This document shows, in pieces, positions 45,468 through 55,957 of a DNA stretch of 64,000 nucleotides. The translations under genes and the position numbers were made by a program. The notes beneath the pieces were generated by a model. The model was not told the origin of the DNA and did no database searches. It saw nothing but the letters and a program-made list of their open reading frames with translations. The DNA is from an uncultured bacterium. GTDB lineage: Bacteria > Chloroflexota > UBA5177 > JANWHV01. Location of the stretch: NCBI GenBank assembly GCA_963729625.1, contig CAVSOU010000010.1, forward strand, positions 1,024,001-1,088,000, read 5' to 3'. Within the stretch, counting starts at the first letter, position 1, and the number at the start of each line of letters is the position of its first letter.

Positions 45468-46477
45468 GCTGAGCTCCCATCTTGAGAGTATAGGTGACAG
45501 GCAACTGACCGGCCGTGCGAGACGCGCCGCTGCGCCGGGTACTCTTCCTTGCAAACCGGCATCACATGCGGGCAACGAGGATGAAAATGACAACCGCTCG
45601 GTCGATTGACCGGACTGGGCAGATCACCTTCCAGCGAGGGTGTGGTCGCCTTCTGCCGTGGAACAAGCTTGGGCACTGCTCGGAGCAGCGCCTGTGCGTA
45701 GGGGTGCAGTGGCTCGCGAAACAGCTCGTCCGTCGGCGCCAGCTCCACGATCTTGCCCAGGTACATGACCGCGACACGCTGGCTAATATGGTGCACCACG
45801 CCAAGGTTGTGCGCGATGAACAGATAGGTCAGGCCAAGCTCGTCCTGCAGGCGCATCAGCAGGTTCAGGACCTGCGCCTGGACGGAGACGTCGAGCGCGG
45901 AAACGGCTTCATCGGCAACGATGAAGTCCGGGCCAACCGCGAGTGCCCGCGCTATTCCGACCCGTTGCCGCTGCCCGCCGCTGAACTGGTGCGGCTTGCG
46001 CTCAGCCATCTCGCGCGAGAGTCCGACCATCTCCATCAGGGCGCCCACTCGCTCCGTCCGCTCCGCGGGTGGACAGACCTTATGGACCTTCAGCACTTCC
46101 TCGAGCATCTGGCGAACCTTCATGCTGGGGTTGAGTGACGAGTAGGGATCCTGGAAGACTACCTGGATCTTGGTGCGCAGCTCACGCGTGGCACGAGCAT
46201 CATGGGAAATGATATTGACGCCATTGTGAAAGATCTCCCCCCGCGTGGGCTCATAGAGCCGCAGCAGCAGCCGTCCAAACGTGCTCTTGCCGCAGCCGCT
46301 CTCGCCTACCAGCCCAACGGTCTCGCCGCGGTTGATAGTGAGGGAGACGTCGTCTACGGCCTTTAGCGTCGGGCGCGGCATCCTGCGCAGCCGTCGCACC
46401 AGGCTCTCGGCCAACACGAACTCCTTGGAGACGCCGCGAGCCTCAAGCAGGGGGTTAGTGGCCGCGATGTCAGTCAC
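45464..46477 (-). CDS. Peptide ABC transporter ATP-binding protein (DppF/OppF-like)
   Basis: GESGCGKST, FSGGQRQR, ADEAVSALD, HPY, C-terminal Cys motif. Confidence 0.95.
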   Translation of the reverse strand: MTDIAATNPLLEARGVSKEFVLAESLVRRLRRMPRPTLKAVDDVSLTINRGETVGLVGESGCGKSTFGRLLLRLYEPTRGEIFHNGVNIISHDARATRELRTKIQVVFQDPYSSLNPSMKVRQMLEEVLKVHKVCPPAERTERVGALMEMVGLSREMAERKPHQFSGGQRQRVGIARALAVGPDFIVADEAVSALDVSVQAQVLNLLMRLQDELGLTYLFIAHNLGVVHHISQRVAVMYLGKIVELAPTDELFREPLHPYAQALLRAVPKLVPRQKATTPSLEGDLPSPVNRPSGCHFHPRCPHVMPVCKEEYPAQRRVSHGRSVACHLYSQDGSSA

Positions 46478-47499
46478 TCGGTTCCTCCACCTCTTGGTGC
46501 CGGCGGCAGCGTGACACGTGTTGTCCTCCTACACTCAGCAGCTCGGTCTTCCATGTACGGCACGCTTCCTCCTGAAGGGGACAGCGATCGAAGAACCGGC
46601 AACCCGCCGGCGGATCCACCAGGTCCGGCGGCGCGCCCGAGATCGGGGTCAGATACCGCGATCTCGTCTCTCTGATCCGGCAACGAACGGAGCAAGCCGA
46701 CGGTATAGGGATGTTTCGGTCGGGTTAAGAGCGTCACCGTATCGGCCATCTCGACGATTTGCCCGGCGTACATCACCGCCACGCGCGTGCAGGTCCCCGC
46801 GATTACGCCCAGGTCGTGGCTGACGAGGATCATGCTCATGCCGAGCTCGCGTTGAAGCCCGAGCAGCAGGCTAAGGATCTGGTCCTGAATCGTCACATCG
46901 AGCGCAGTGGTAGGCTCGTCCGCCAGCAGAATCCGCGGCTTGGAAGCCAGGGCGATCGCGATGAGCACTCGCTGCCGCATCCCGCCGCTGAACTGATGGG
47001 GGTAGTCGTCGACGCGCTGCTCGGCCATCGGTATGCGAACGTGACCAAGCAGCTCCACGACAGCACGGTGCCGCTCAGGGCGACGCAGGGAAGTATGGGC
47101 TTGCAGCGCTTCCTCGATCTGGGCTCCCACGCTCATCACGGGATTGAGCGAGCTCATGGGATCCTGGAAAATCATGGAGATTTGCGCTCCGCGCACCTTC
47201 TGCATGGCCGACTTGGAGAGCTTAACGAGATTCCGGCCTGCATACTGTACGGTTCCGACCGTAGACGCGGGTGGGATCGGCAGCAAGCCAATCAATGAGC
47301 GACACGTTACGCTCTTCCCGCAGCCACTTTCCCCGACGATACCGAACGTCTCACCAGGATAAAGGTCGAACGTGACGCCGTCGACAGCACGCAAGACCCC
47401 GCGTGGCGTCGCGAAGTAGGTGTACAGATCGCGCACGCTGAGGAGCGGCTCGCCTGCCGAATGCTGCACCTGGATATCCGTATCCACCGCAATCGACAT
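46470..47499 (-). CDS. Peptide ABC transporter ATP-binding protein (DppD/OppD-like), apparent frameshift near 46665
   Basis: GESGCGKS, FSGGMRQR, HPY; the expected tail ISGAPPDL..PPAGCRF.DRC lies in another frame and stops at 46470. Confidence 0.9.
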
Positions 47500-47518
47500 A
47501 TCTGCGTTCCTTACGTTC

Positions 47519-48403
47519 TCACTGCGCGGGCCGGAGCACGTCCGCAAGGCCGTCACCCAGTAAGCTAAGCGACACTCCGACCGCGACGATGGCGAGGCCG
47601 GGAATTGTCGGCACCCACCACGCCGTCACCATGTAGTTCTGTCCGTCGGCGATCATGGTTCCCCATTCGGGGCTCGGCTCCGGCACGCCTAAACCCAGAT
47701 ACCCAAGAGCGGCACCGAGCAAAATGTTACCCACCGCATCGGCCATGGCGAAGATCAGGGCTGCCGAAAACACGTTCGGCAGGATATGTCTCAGCATGAT
47801 GCGCATGTTGCCGAAGCCGAGCGCGCGAGCCGCCAGCACATACTCCTGTTGCTTTGCGACCAGCGTCTCTCCCCGAATAATCCGCGCGTAGGAGACCCAG
47901 CCGACCGCCCAGATGGCAATGAAGAGATTCAGCAGGCCCGCACCGAGTGCGGCGACGATCGCCAGTACCAGCACAAAGAACGGGAAGGCAAAAAACACGT
48001 CAACGATTCGCATCAGAACTGCATCCAGCTTACCGCCGAAATACCCCGAGATCAGGCCTATGATCGTGCCGACGATAATGGTGACGCCCGTCCCGCCAAA
48101 TCCGATGAGCAGGTCGACGCGGCCGCCGTACAGGAGCCTGCTCAGTATGTCACGCCCGTACGGCGCATCCGTTCCCAGTGGGTGTCCAGGCGAGAACGGC
48201 GCTGCACCCTGATTCAAGATATCCTGAGCGACTGGGTCATACTGCGTGAACAGTGGCGCGCCCAGGCAGGCAATGACGATAAGGACAAGCAGCACGGCAC
48301 CGGCCAACAATGGCCAGTTTCGTATACGGCGCCGTTTGCGTCCTGCTTTCTTTTCGAGGCGCAGGGCGAGCAGTGTGCCGGGATTGGTTGCCTCGACGGC
48401 CAT
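47519..48403 (-). CDS. Peptide ABC transporter permease (DppC-like)
   Basis: HPLGTD, GRDILSR, EYVLAARALG, RHILPN, PEWG. Confidence 0.95.
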   Translation of the reverse strand: MAVEATNPGTLLALRLEKKAGRKRRRIRNWPLLAGAVLLVLIVIACLGAPLFTQYDPVAQDILNQGAAPFSPGHPLGTDAPYGRDILSRLLYGGRVDLLIGFGGTGVTIIVGTIIGLISGYFGGKLDAVLMRIVDVFFAFPFFVLVLAIVAALGAGLLNLFIAIWAVGWVSYARIIRGETLVAKQQEYVLAARALGFGNMRIMLRHILPNVFSAALIFAMADAVGNILLGAALGYLGLGVPEPSPEWGTMIADGQNYMVTAWWVPTIPGLAIVAVGVSLSLLGDGLADVLRPAQ

Positions 48404-48417
48404 ACGCTCCTCCTGCC

Positions 48418-49359
48418 TCAGGCCAGGCTCACGCGCGGATCCAGCAACGCATACGCTACGTCAGTCAGCAGGTTTATCACGACGACAAAGATGGCGATGA
48501 GCAAGACGATCCCTTGAACTACCGCATAGTCACGTTGCAGAATGGCCGAGATCAGCAGGTTCCCGACACCTCCGACGGCGAATATGTCCTCAATGATCAC
48601 GGTACTGCCCATGAGAAACGCGATGTTGATGCCAAAGATGGTAACGGTCGGGAGCAACGCATTGCGCAAGATGTGACGGGTCATGATGCGCCAGCCGGCC
48701 AGCCCTTTCGCACGGGCGGTGTCGACGTAGTCCGCAGTCATGACCGACAGGATGCTGTTCCGCAGCGAGCGAATCAGCACGGCGGAGAAGCCAAGGGCGA
48801 TCGTCAGCGCCGGCAGAAACAGGTGGTAGACACGGTCTGTAAAATTGTCGCCAAACCCGCTGACTGGAAACAGCCGAAAGTGCACGCTCAGGATGAGCTG
48901 AAGAATGATGCCGACCCAGAACGATGGCATCGCCAGCGTCACGATAAAACTACTGCGAATGGCCTGATCGACGATCCCGTCGCGGTACACTGCCGACGCA
49001 ACGGCGAGCGGCAAAGAGATGAGCAACGCCAGCAAGGACGCGTAGATCACCAGCCAGACGGTAGGAGGGAGCCGGTCGAGTATGACGCTTGTCACGGATT
49101 GCTGGTAGTAGATCGAGTCGCCAAGGTTGCCGTGCGCCAGGTTGCCCATGAAAATGAGGTACTGCTGCCAGATCGGCTGGTCAAGGCCGAGCGCGCTGCG
49201 CAGCTGTTTCGCTAGCTGAGGCGTATAGTGGTTTCCCAGTATCGCGACAACCGGATCTCCTGGGATGAGTCGGATCAGGAAGAAGGCGATAATCGTGATG
49301 CCGAGCACGACAGGGATCATTTGAAGCAGGCGACGGCCCACGAAGCTGAACCTGCTCAT
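48418..49359 (-). CDS. Peptide ABC transporter permease (DppB-like)
   Basis: PGDP, GLDQP, DYVDTARAKG, RNALLP, QRDY, DPR. Confidence 0.95.
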   Translation of the reverse strand: MSRFSFVGRRLLQMIPVVLGITIIAFFLIRLIPGDPVVAILGNHYTPQLAKQLRSALGLDQPIWQQYLIFMGNLAHGNLGDSIYYQQSVTSVILDRLPPTVWLVIYASLLALLISLPLAVASAVYRDGIVDQAIRSSFIVTLAMPSFWVGIILQLILSVHFRLFPVSGFGDNFTDRVYHLFLPALTIALGFSAVLIRSLRNSILSVMTADYVDTARAKGLAGWRIMTRHILRNALLPTVTIFGINIAFLMGSTVIIEDIFAVGGVGNLLISAILQRDYAVVQGIVLLIAIFVVVINLLTDVAYALLDPRVSLA

Positions 49360-50462
49360 AGAGGCTCCCTACCGCTTCGCCCGGCAGTGCGTTTTGCGGC
49401 TGACTGTCGTGCTTCCCCTGGTTGCTCAGCCCATTGGGCTCCTTCCACGTCGGCCCTGCCGGCTTCCTCGTTTGCGGAAGTAGAAAGTCGTTCAAGCAAT
49501 GGCCGCAAAGCAGCCACGCTCGCCGGTTCCGGCGCATGGAGATATTCGATCGCCGGCACATCCGGCGAGACATGAAGCACGATCGTTTCGCTGCCACTGG
49601 CATAGATGATCGCTTCGGCCGTGCTGAGTACGGCGTTCACACGTTCAACGTCGGAAAGAACAGCGCAGAGCGGAGGTTGTTCAGGAGCTGCATGAGCGAT
49701 CACCCCCTGGAGCATCGTGGGCATGAATTCGCTGAACGTGCTGATCAGTCCCAGACGGCGGCCCCGAGGCAGATCTTGCATTCGCTTCACCGTGCCCTGA
49801 TGCACGACAAAAGTGAGTCCCAGTACAGGCGGGTGCTGTCGGGGCAGCACGAGTTGTACCTCCTTGACCCGATTTGCCAGGGTCAGGATGACGTCGGCCG
49901 TGCAAACGCACTCCCGCTCGCCTGCAACGCCGGACCGCAGGCGCTCAATCGTATACGGCATGATCTCGGGAGCCAGATCACCTAGCATCGTCCGAAGCTC
50001 GTGCGCGTATACCTCGGTAGCATGGCCGAAGACACCAATGAGCGCGATGACCGGACATCGCCGATGTCTTGAGGCAAGTCGAGCCGTGACCATTTGGCTG
50101 ATCTCTGTCGGCGTAAATGATCGCTTCAGCGCCTGCCCGACCATGCCATCTACGAGGCGCCGTAACTCTTGAATGCTCGCACCGGCACGCAGGTCCGCGC
50201 TGTTATTCCCGACGTAGGTGCCCATGCCAGGGCGCACTGATATCAGTCCCTTGCTCTTCAGAGCCCGGTACACATGACTGACGGTGACGTGGGCGACGCC
50301 TTCCGCCGCGGCAAGCTCACGCACGGATGGTAACTGCTCTCCCGGTTTGAGAGCGCCGGAGGCGATTCCATACTCGATCTGCCCTGCGAGTTGAGCGCTG
50401 ACAGAAACAGGCAAATCGCGATCGAGAGAGATCTGCAACGCCAAGGCGCACGACCTTCGCAT
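49356..50462 (-). CDS. GntR family regulator with a long alpha/beta C-terminal domain
   Basis: GEQLPSVRELA, TVSHVY, GMGTYV wHTH; C-terminus is neither UTRA nor FCD; start uncertain. Confidence 0.88.
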   Translation of the reverse strand: MRRSCALALQISLDRDLPVSVSAQLAGQIEYGIASGALKPGEQLPSVRELAAAEGVAHVTVSHVYRALKSKGLISVRPGMGTYVGNNSADLRAGASIQELRRLVDGMVGQALKRSFTPTEISQMVTARLASRHRRCPVIALIGVFGHATEVYAHELRTMLGDLAPEIMPYTIERLRSGVAGERECVCTADVILTLANRVKEVQLVLPRQHPPVLGLTFVVHQGTVKRMQDLPRGRRLGLISTFSEFMPTMLQGVIAHAAPEQPPLCAVLSDVERVNAVLSTAEAIIYASGSETIVLHVSPDVPAIEYLHAPEPASVAALRPLLERLSTSANEEAGRADVEGAQWAEQPGEARQSAAKRTAGRSGREPL

Positions 50463-50572
50463 ACATGTCTAGGTTCGTGGCGCCTTCGACGCTGCAGGCA
50501 TGCCGGCACAGCCACGACGAAGGCGCCACACAGGGCCGCTGCCTCCGACCGACCTGTCAGAGGCAATCACGG

Positions 50573-52150
50573 CTACGACTTGGTCACTCCCTGAAGGTTG
50601 AAGTACCCGAGCGGATTCTCGCTGAAACCGTGAACTTTCTTGTTTACCGCATTCACGAATGGGTTGTAGTAGAGGGCAAAGAACGGCTGATCCTGAGCCC
50701 AGAGCTCCTGGATCTTGTAGTAGAGGTTCTGGCGCGTCGCGCTGTCGTTGGTCTGCTCCGCCTGCCGTGAAAGGCTGGCCATCTGCGGATTGTTGTACCA
50801 GGTATAGAAGGAGTGGCCGCCAATCGCGGGATCTACGGCGAAAGACACAATCTCATCCGGATCCGGAATGTCGTTGGTCCAGAGGCTTTGAATGGCGTGG
50901 TGCTTGCCGGCATTCCGCAGTCCGTTTAGCGTGTTCGGATCCACCTGCACCAGGTTCACCTTGACTCCCAGCGGCGCGACCTCGCTCTGGAAAATCTGTG
51001 CCTCCTCGTTGTAGATGGTGTTGCCGCTGTAGACCTCCATGGTCATCGTGAAGCCATGCGGCACGGATGACTGCGATAGGAGCTTCTTGGCAAGCGTCAG
51101 GTCATATGTGGGCGTCGGGATGCTGGCATCGTAGTCGATCGCCCCTGCAGGCAGGAACGAGTTGGCGACCGTTCCATGCCCGTACAGTATCGCTTTTACC
51201 ATCGCCGCGCGGTCGATGGCGTGGCTCAGAGCCTGGCGCACCTTCAAGTCGTCGAACGGCTTGATCGAGTCATTTAGCACGAAGTAATTCGTCTCCGTGG
51301 ACGGATTGATCTGAACGTCCACCGCCGTATTGGACTGACCTTGCGCGATCAGGTTGTACGGCAGCACGTTGTCGACGTCCAATGCGCCGGTCTCCACCTG
51401 GAGGAACCGCGTGTTATCGTTGGGGATAGTCAGGTACTTGATGTACTGCATGGGATACTTGGCGGCGTCAAAGTAGTTCGGGTTCTTCTTGAAAAGCACA
51501 TACTGCCCGCGCTTCCACTCCTGGAGCATGTACGGACCGGTGCCGATCGGGTGCGATGCCATAACGTTGGCACCGACCTTCTTGAAGTACGCTTCCGGGT
51601 AGATTCCGGTGTCGAAGAGTGCCAGATCGGAGAGCAGCGGCGCCCACGGATGGGTCAACGACACGACCACGGTGGACGGATCGGGCGTGGTAATGCCCTT
51701 GATCGCGCTCAGGGTCCAGCTCCAATCTTGTTTGGGGTCCCGAGCCCGGTCAAGGCTGAACTTCACATCCGCGGCGGTTAGCGTGGTGCCGTCGTGGAAC
51801 AATACGTTGGGCCGCAGGTGGAATGTATAGACCTTTCCGTTCTTGCTGACATCCCAGCTCGTGGCCAGGTCCGGCCGTATGGTCTTTCCATCGGGCGCGA
51901 TGCTTAACAGTTGATCGAAGAAGTTGACGAGCGTCCAGATCTCCGAATTATTCGTGTAACCGGCGGGATCGACGGTCTTCGCTTCAAAGGCCCAGCCGAT
52001 ATTCAGGGTGTTGCTCGCGGTTGGGCCTGCATCCGCGGCGTGCACCCGCATCTCCTTAGGGGCCATCCCGCCCAGCGCAAGTGTAGCCAACAGAATGCCC
52101 GCGCCCAGCCAACGCACGTAAGGAATACGGCGATTCAGATCCATCAGCAC
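50573..52150 (-). CDS. Peptide ABC transporter substrate-binding protein (family 5), copy 1
   Basis: PDLATSW, FHDG, DVKFSL, PIGTGPY, VRQALSHAID. Confidence 0.95.
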   Translation of the reverse strand: MLMDLNRRIPYVRWLGAGILLATLALGGMAPKEMRVHAADAGPTASNTLNIGWAFEAKTVDPAGYTNNSEIWTLVNFFDQLLSIAPDGKTIRPDLATSWDVSKNGKVYTFHLRPNVLFHDGTTLTAADVKFSLDRARDPKQDWSWTLSAIKGITTPDPSTVVVSLTHPWAPLLSDLALFDTGIYPEAYFKKVGANVMASHPIGTGPYMLQEWKRGQYVLFKKNPNYFDAAKYPMQYIKYLTIPNDNTRFLQVETGALDVDNVLPYNLIAQGQSNTAVDVQINPSTETNYFVLNDSIKPFDDLKVRQALSHAIDRAAMVKAILYGHGTVANSFLPAGAIDYDASIPTPTYDLTLAKKLLSQSSVPHGFTMTMEVYSGNTIYNEEAQIFQSEVAPLGVKVNLVQVDPNTLNGLRNAGKHHAIQSLWTNDIPDPDEIVSFAVDPAIGGHSFYTWYNNPQMASLSRQAEQTNDSATRQNLYYKIQELWAQDQPFFALYYNPFVNAVNKKVHGFSENPLGYFNLQGVTKS

Positions 52151-52323
52151 ACCTCTCTGTTGTGAGCACTAGTCACGACACGTACGCGCCGCGCCAAGAC
52201 GCCGCGCCTGCTCCTCCGACTGGTTGACTTGCCTCGCGACTTGACATGGCCTCCTTTCCGAGGTTTGCGTGGCCGGGCCGAGCGATATCGAAGCGTCTCA
52301 GGGCCACAGCGGGTTCACAGGTA

Positions 52324-53892
52324 TCACGACTTGGTCACGCCCTGAAGGTTGAAGTAGCCGAGCGGATTCTCGCTGAAGCCGTGCACCTTCTTGCCTACCG
52401 CGTTTACCCACGGGTTGTAGAAGAGCGCGAGCATCGGCTGATTGGCCGCCCAGATCTCCTGGATCTGGTAGTACAGCTTCTGGCGTGTGGCGCTGTCGTT
52501 CGATTGCTCGGCCTGATGGGAGAGCGCCGCCAGATGCGGGTTGTTGTACCACGTATAGAACGAGTAGCCGCCGCTGGAGTAATCCACCGCGTACGAGACG
52601 ATCTCGTCGGGATCCGGAATGTCGTTGGTCCAGACGTCGATGTCGGAGTGGAATTTGCCGGTGTTCCGCAGCTGATCGAGAGCGTTCTGCTCCACCTGCG
52701 TGACGTGCGCGGTAATGCCGAGAGGCGCCAGCTCGCTCTGGATGATCTGGGCTACCTCGTTGTAGACGGAATTCCCGCTCGGCACTTCGATGGTCATGCT
52801 GAAGCCGTGCGGGACGGAAGATGCTGCCAGCAGCTTCCTGGCCAGTGTCAGGTCGTGTGAGGGTACGGGAATGGACGGATCCCAATCGATAGCGCCGGCA
52901 GGCATGAAGGAATTGGCCGCCTTGCCGTGACCATAGAGCACTGCCTTGACGATGGCGGCCCGGTCGATGGCGTGGCTGATGGCCAGGCGTACATTCGCCT
53001 CGTTAAGCGGCTTCACCTGTGTGTTTATGGTCAGGTAGGTGATCTCGGTGCCGGGATTGATCTGCACTTGCACCGCGGCGTTGGTCTGAACCTGGGCGAT
53101 CAGGTTGTAGGGCAGCACGGTATCCACGTCCAAGGCGCCCGTTTGCACCTCGAGAAGCCGCGTGTTGTCATTCGATATCAGCTCGTATTTCACGTAAGGC
53201 ATGGGATACGCGGCAGCATTGAAGTAGTCGGGATTCTTCTTGAAGAGCACGTACTGGCCGCGCTTCCACTGGTCGAGCATGTAGGGCCCGGTACCGATCG
53301 GATGCGTGGCCAGGCCCTTCGCGCCAACCTGCTTGAAGTAGGCTTCGGGGTAGATGCCGGTGTCGAACAGCGAAAGGTCCGAGAGCAGGGGCGCCCACGG
53401 ATGGATGAGCGTGATCACTACGGTCGAGGGGTCGGGGGCCGCGACATTCTTGATTGCGGCAAGTGTCCAACCCCACTGTGCCTTGGGGTCTCTGGCGCGG
53501 TCCAGGTCGAACTTGACATCTTGGGCCGTCAGCTTGGCGCCGTTCTGGAACACCACGTTTGGTCTCAGATGGAACGTATAGACCAGGCCACCCGTGCCTA
53601 CGCTCCAGCTCGTGGCAAGGTCGGGCACCAGAGTGTTGCCGTCAGGTGCGACCCGGAGCAGCTGATCGTAGATGTTGACCAGGGTCCAGATCTCCGGATT
53701 GTTGTCGTAGCCCACCGGATCCAGACCGGTGGCCTCAAATGACCAACCAATACTGAGCGTGTTGCTCTGCGTCGGACCCGAATCCGCGGCATGAACACGG
53801 GCACTGCCGGTGTGGCCGCCGAATCCAACCACACAAAGGAGCGTTGCGGCAACGAGTCTGCCCGCCAGACGAATGCGACGACCTCTAGTCAT
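52324..53892 (-). CDS. Peptide ABC transporter substrate-binding protein (family 5), copy 2
   Basis: Same motifs; C-terminus identical to copy 1 (KKVHGFSENPLGYFNLQGVTKS). Confidence 0.95.
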   Translation of the reverse strand: MTRGRRIRLAGRLVAATLLCVVGFGGHTGSARVHAADSGPTQSNTLSIGWSFEATGLDPVGYDNNPEIWTLVNIYDQLLRVAPDGNTLVPDLATSWSVGTGGLVYTFHLRPNVVFQNGAKLTAQDVKFDLDRARDPKAQWGWTLAAIKNVAAPDPSTVVITLIHPWAPLLSDLSLFDTGIYPEAYFKQVGAKGLATHPIGTGPYMLDQWKRGQYVLFKKNPDYFNAAAYPMPYVKYELISNDNTRLLEVQTGALDVDTVLPYNLIAQVQTNAAVQVQINPGTEITYLTINTQVKPLNEANVRLAISHAIDRAAIVKAVLYGHGKAANSFMPAGAIDWDPSIPVPSHDLTLARKLLAASSVPHGFSMTIEVPSGNSVYNEVAQIIQSELAPLGITAHVTQVEQNALDQLRNTGKFHSDIDVWTNDIPDPDEIVSYAVDYSSGGYSFYTWYNNPHLAALSHQAEQSNDSATRQKLYYQIQEIWAANQPMLALFYNPWVNAVGKKVHGFSENPLGYFNLQGVTKS

Positions 53893-54266
53893 AATTCCGC
53901 CTTTCTGAGTTGCATGTGTGTTGGCAATCTCGCTCTCACATTGGAGCCGGAAAGCCACGACGAGCCGGTAGCCGACACTCAGGTTTCTCGCGCGCACCTC
54001 TCTTTCACGCATAGGTCGATACTGCCCATAAGTCGATCGAGGAATGGAGCCTGCCTGCGCTGGACGGCCCCGATACACACCTGTACTCGTTTAGCGGGAT
54101 CGCGTGCGGCTCTGCTAGCGCGATCAGTTTCGCAGGTTCAGCCGCGCACCATGGGACGTATATGTGGCCCGCTTCGCCGGGTGCGGACTCGAAGCCGGTG
54201 CGCCGTGCACGACAATGTTATGGCGTTATATAACAGTAGTTGAGCTGCGGCGTCAAGAGCACGCGC

Positions 54267-55691
54267 TCAAAGTGATGATGCGGCTCTGACCTGCAGCGGG
54301 GGTTTCATCGCGTGCCAGGTATGGTTACGCTCGTACGCGTAGGCGAGGCGAAACAGGGTGTTCTCGGCAAATGGGCGTCCCGTAAGCTGAAAGCCGATTG
54401 GCAACCCTGACGTCGAAAAGCCACAGGGTACGGTGAGTGCCGGCAAACCGGTCACGTTTGCAGGAACCATATATTTCACCGCCGCGGTCATTGGATCTTC
54501 GCCGCCCTCGCCGGGGACAAGTGCGATGTCGACGGGATAGGTAGTGCTGGGCAACGTCGGCGAGATCAGCGCGTCAAGCCCGTGCGACTCGAAGAGACGC
54601 CGCGTGGCGTCCTTGAGCACGCTTCGGGCGCGCTGTGCAGTGATGTACTGTGTCGCGGGAAGCAGCTCGCCCAGCTCAAACATCATCCGCGTGTTGGCGT
54701 CCAGATCGGCCGCGTGCGCCCGGAGGACGTGTCGCGCGTTTGCGCTTGCCTCGGCAAACAGAATTGTGGTGCCCACCGTCTCCATCAGGTCCAGCTCGGG
54801 TTGGACAACCTCCACTATGTGCACGCCGTGCCGGGACAACTCTTCGATGACAGCCTCCACTGCCTGCCGGACCTCCAGCCGTACTTGCTCGCGGAAGAAG
54901 TAACGGCGCTCCACGCCAACGGTCAGTCCGGCAACGCTACCTTCCAGGCTCGCGGCATAATCTTCACGCGGCACGTGAATACTGCCTGAATCGTCGGGAT
55001 CGTACCCTGCCAGCACCTGCAGCAGGATGGCACAGTCTTTGACCGTGCGCGTTATCGGACCCGCGTGATCCATAGAATCGCTCACCGGCACGATTCCGGA
55101 CCGGCCGACAAGGCCAAACGTGGGCTTCATGCCGACCAGGCCGTTGAGCGAAGCGGGCTCGCGAATTGACCCTCCGGTGTCCGTGCCCAGCGCTCCAAAC
55201 GCCGAACGCGCGGCGACAGCAGCACCCGACCCGGCGCTGGACCCGCCTGGATAGCCATCTTCCAGCCAGGGAGTGCGAGTGGGCGGTTCATTGACGCCGT
55301 AGGCAAACTCGTGCGTGACGGTTTTGCCGATTACAATCATCCCGGCCTCATGCAGTCGCTGGACGGCCATCGCGTCAAATGCCGGTATGAAGCCCGCGAG
55401 TGCTCGCGATCCTGCTTCTGTTGGGATGCCTCGCGTGTAGTACAGATCCTTCACGCCGATTGGGATTCCGTGCAGCGGACCCTCTGCGCGACCTGCCGCA
55501 CGTTCCCTATCGGCCTCTGCCGCAACCTCTCGAGCCTGGTCCGCAAGCACCAGCGCATAGGCATGTATGATCGGTTCGGTCTCCGCAATTCTGTCCAGGG
55601 TATCCTCTACTAGCTCGACCGCGGATACGGACCGCTGTTCGAGCAGCGCGCTCGCCTCGTCGATCGTGAGATCGACAATTCTCGACTTCAT
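54267..55691 (-). CDS. Amidase signature family protein (GatA/AtzE-like)
   Basis: GVKD, GGSSAGS, GTDTGGSIR Ser-cisSer-Lys triad motifs. Confidence 0.95.
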   Translation of the reverse strand: MKSRIVDLTIDEASALLEQRSVSAVELVEDTLDRIAETEPIIHAYALVLADQAREVAAEADRERAAGRAEGPLHGIPIGVKDLYYTRGIPTEAGSRALAGFIPAFDAMAVQRLHEAGMIVIGKTVTHEFAYGVNEPPTRTPWLEDGYPGGSSAGSGAAVAARSAFGALGTDTGGSIREPASLNGLVGMKPTFGLVGRSGIVPVSDSMDHAGPITRTVKDCAILLQVLAGYDPDDSGSIHVPREDYAASLEGSVAGLTVGVERRYFFREQVRLEVRQAVEAVIEELSRHGVHIVEVVQPELDLMETVGTTILFAEASANARHVLRAHAADLDANTRMMFELGELLPATQYITAQRARSVLKDATRRLFESHGLDALISPTLPSTTYPVDIALVPGEGGEDPMTAAVKYMVPANVTGLPALTVPCGFSTSGLPIGFQLTGRPFAENTLFRLAYAYERNHTWHAMKPPLQVRAASSL

Positions 55692-55957
55692 CGAACCGGC
55701 TCGCGGCCGGCCTCCTTTGCTTGCTGCGTCTGTGTCGAGTGCCGATCGGCCGGCCAGCGGGGATCGAACTGCAGTGCAGGCTGAACGTGCGCGAGATCGA
55801 GCTGATCCAGCATGTCCATGCAGGCAAACTGGCTCGTCAGCGATTTCGCCAGCGACTCAAGATCCTCGGGCGGAAGGCTCAAGCCGGCAGCTTCGGCCAG
55901 GGCATTGATCGCCTCGGAGCTCAATTGCTCTGTATCAGACGGTCGGGTGTAGGGCAT
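55688..55957 (-). CDS. Small amidase partner protein (GatC/AtzG-like)
   Basis: GGAGG RBS; LAEAAGL.L..E and QPALQFDP motifs; overlaps the amidase start. Confidence 0.65.
   Translation of the reverse strand: MPYTRPSDTEQLSSEAINALAEAAGLSLPPEDLESLAKSLTSQFACMDMLDQLDLAHVQPALQFDPRWPADRHSTQTQQAKEAGREPVR

Noticed and set aside
52173-52257. 24-codon minus-strand ORF (MSSREASQ...) behind AAAGGAGG, upstream of dppA copy 1
   Set aside because: SD-ATG spacing is only 2 nt; no further coding evidence
54267-55691. gatA of the tRNA-dependent amidotransferase
   Set aside because: No gatB and a catabolic context, so called a generic amidase
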